36,272 nt of DNA, taken from contig JBEARN010000001.1 of the NCBI GenBank assembly GCA_041163165.1, forward strand, positions 1 through 36,272. Reading direction: 5' to 3'. Below are positions 36,030 through 36,272 of this stretch, piece by piece. Made by a program: the position numbers and the translations under genes. Source of the stretch: Pseudomonadota bacterium. GTDB lineage: Bacteria > Campylobacterota > Campylobacteria > Campylobacterales > Sulfurovaceae. Within the stretch, counting starts at the first letter, position 1. The number at the start of each line of letters is the position of its first letter. Under the pieces are notes generated by a model that was not told the origin of the DNA, did not search any database, and worked only from the letters and a program-made list of their open reading frames with translations.

Positions 36030-36272
36030 AATACTGGCTACACCCTGGACTGTCGGCATTTCCGCCCGCAAAGTAATTTCCATCAAAACTTACCAACGAA
36101 TAGTTTCTCTCTGTCCCCAAAGACTCTTTAAGCCCTTCAATAGAGAGAAAACCCAATGAAGTTGCACCTATTGTTTTAGCAATCTCTTCGACTGAGTAGT
36201 TTGCAGAGATAAGCTCTGCTTGTGTTGGAGTATCGATACCATAACGACATGGATATTTAATCTCAGGCGCTG
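36028..36272 (-). CDS. purF: Amidophosphoribosyltransferase, C-terminal part (truncated by window edge, not in ORF track)
   Basis: Own translation APEIKYPCRYGIDTPTQAELISANYSVEEIAKTIGATSLGFLSIEGL...YSLVSFDGNYF...*. Confidence 0.93.
   Translation of the reverse strand, partial: APEIKYPCRYGIDTPTQAELISANYSVEEIAKTIGATSLGFLSIEGLKESLGTERNYSLVSFDGNYFAGGNADSPGCSQY

Overview
A mostly core-genome window from a Campylobacterota (Epsilonproteobacteria) chromosome. Protein style suggests Sulfurovum or a relative, which is an inference. Housekeeping genes: hisJ-family phosphatase (partial), glnA, PBP1A, bioF, maf, alaS, murG, ftsW, PBP3/ftsI, panC, prfB (no internal frameshift), a LolD-like ATPase, tsf, rpsB, bcp, ilvE, an SPFH protein, hisIE and purF (partial). 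Three accessory-looking blocks interrupt them. (i) About 1.9-3.3 kb: a Sel1-repeat protein, a secreted non-specific nuclease, and an unannotated 28-codon remnant resembling a Fic-family gene that keeps its promoter and a 15-bp inverted repeat. (ii) 17.5-20.7 kb: an AraC/GyrI regulator divergent from an orphan biotin carboxylase and a beta-carbonic anhydrase. (iii) 23.6-32.2 kb: PiT/DUF47, a Deg-type protease, DUF420, an aldehyde dehydrogenase, and a four-gene operon (rhodanese, NrtB/CmpB-like permease, NrtD/CmpD-like ATPase, PglG-like protein). That operon is the best candidate for an undescribed system. Its ATPase keeps Walker A but has altered Q-loop, signature, Walker B glutamate (E->Q) and H-switch (H->D) residues, and no solute-binding protein gene lies nearby. 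Other points: a 40-aa membrane peptide missed by the ORF track, an S2 with a C-terminal helix-hairpin-helix domain, and a structured prfB leader. No rRNA, tRNA, CRISPR array or transposase was recognised. All family assignments come from motif recognition by eye, with no database search.
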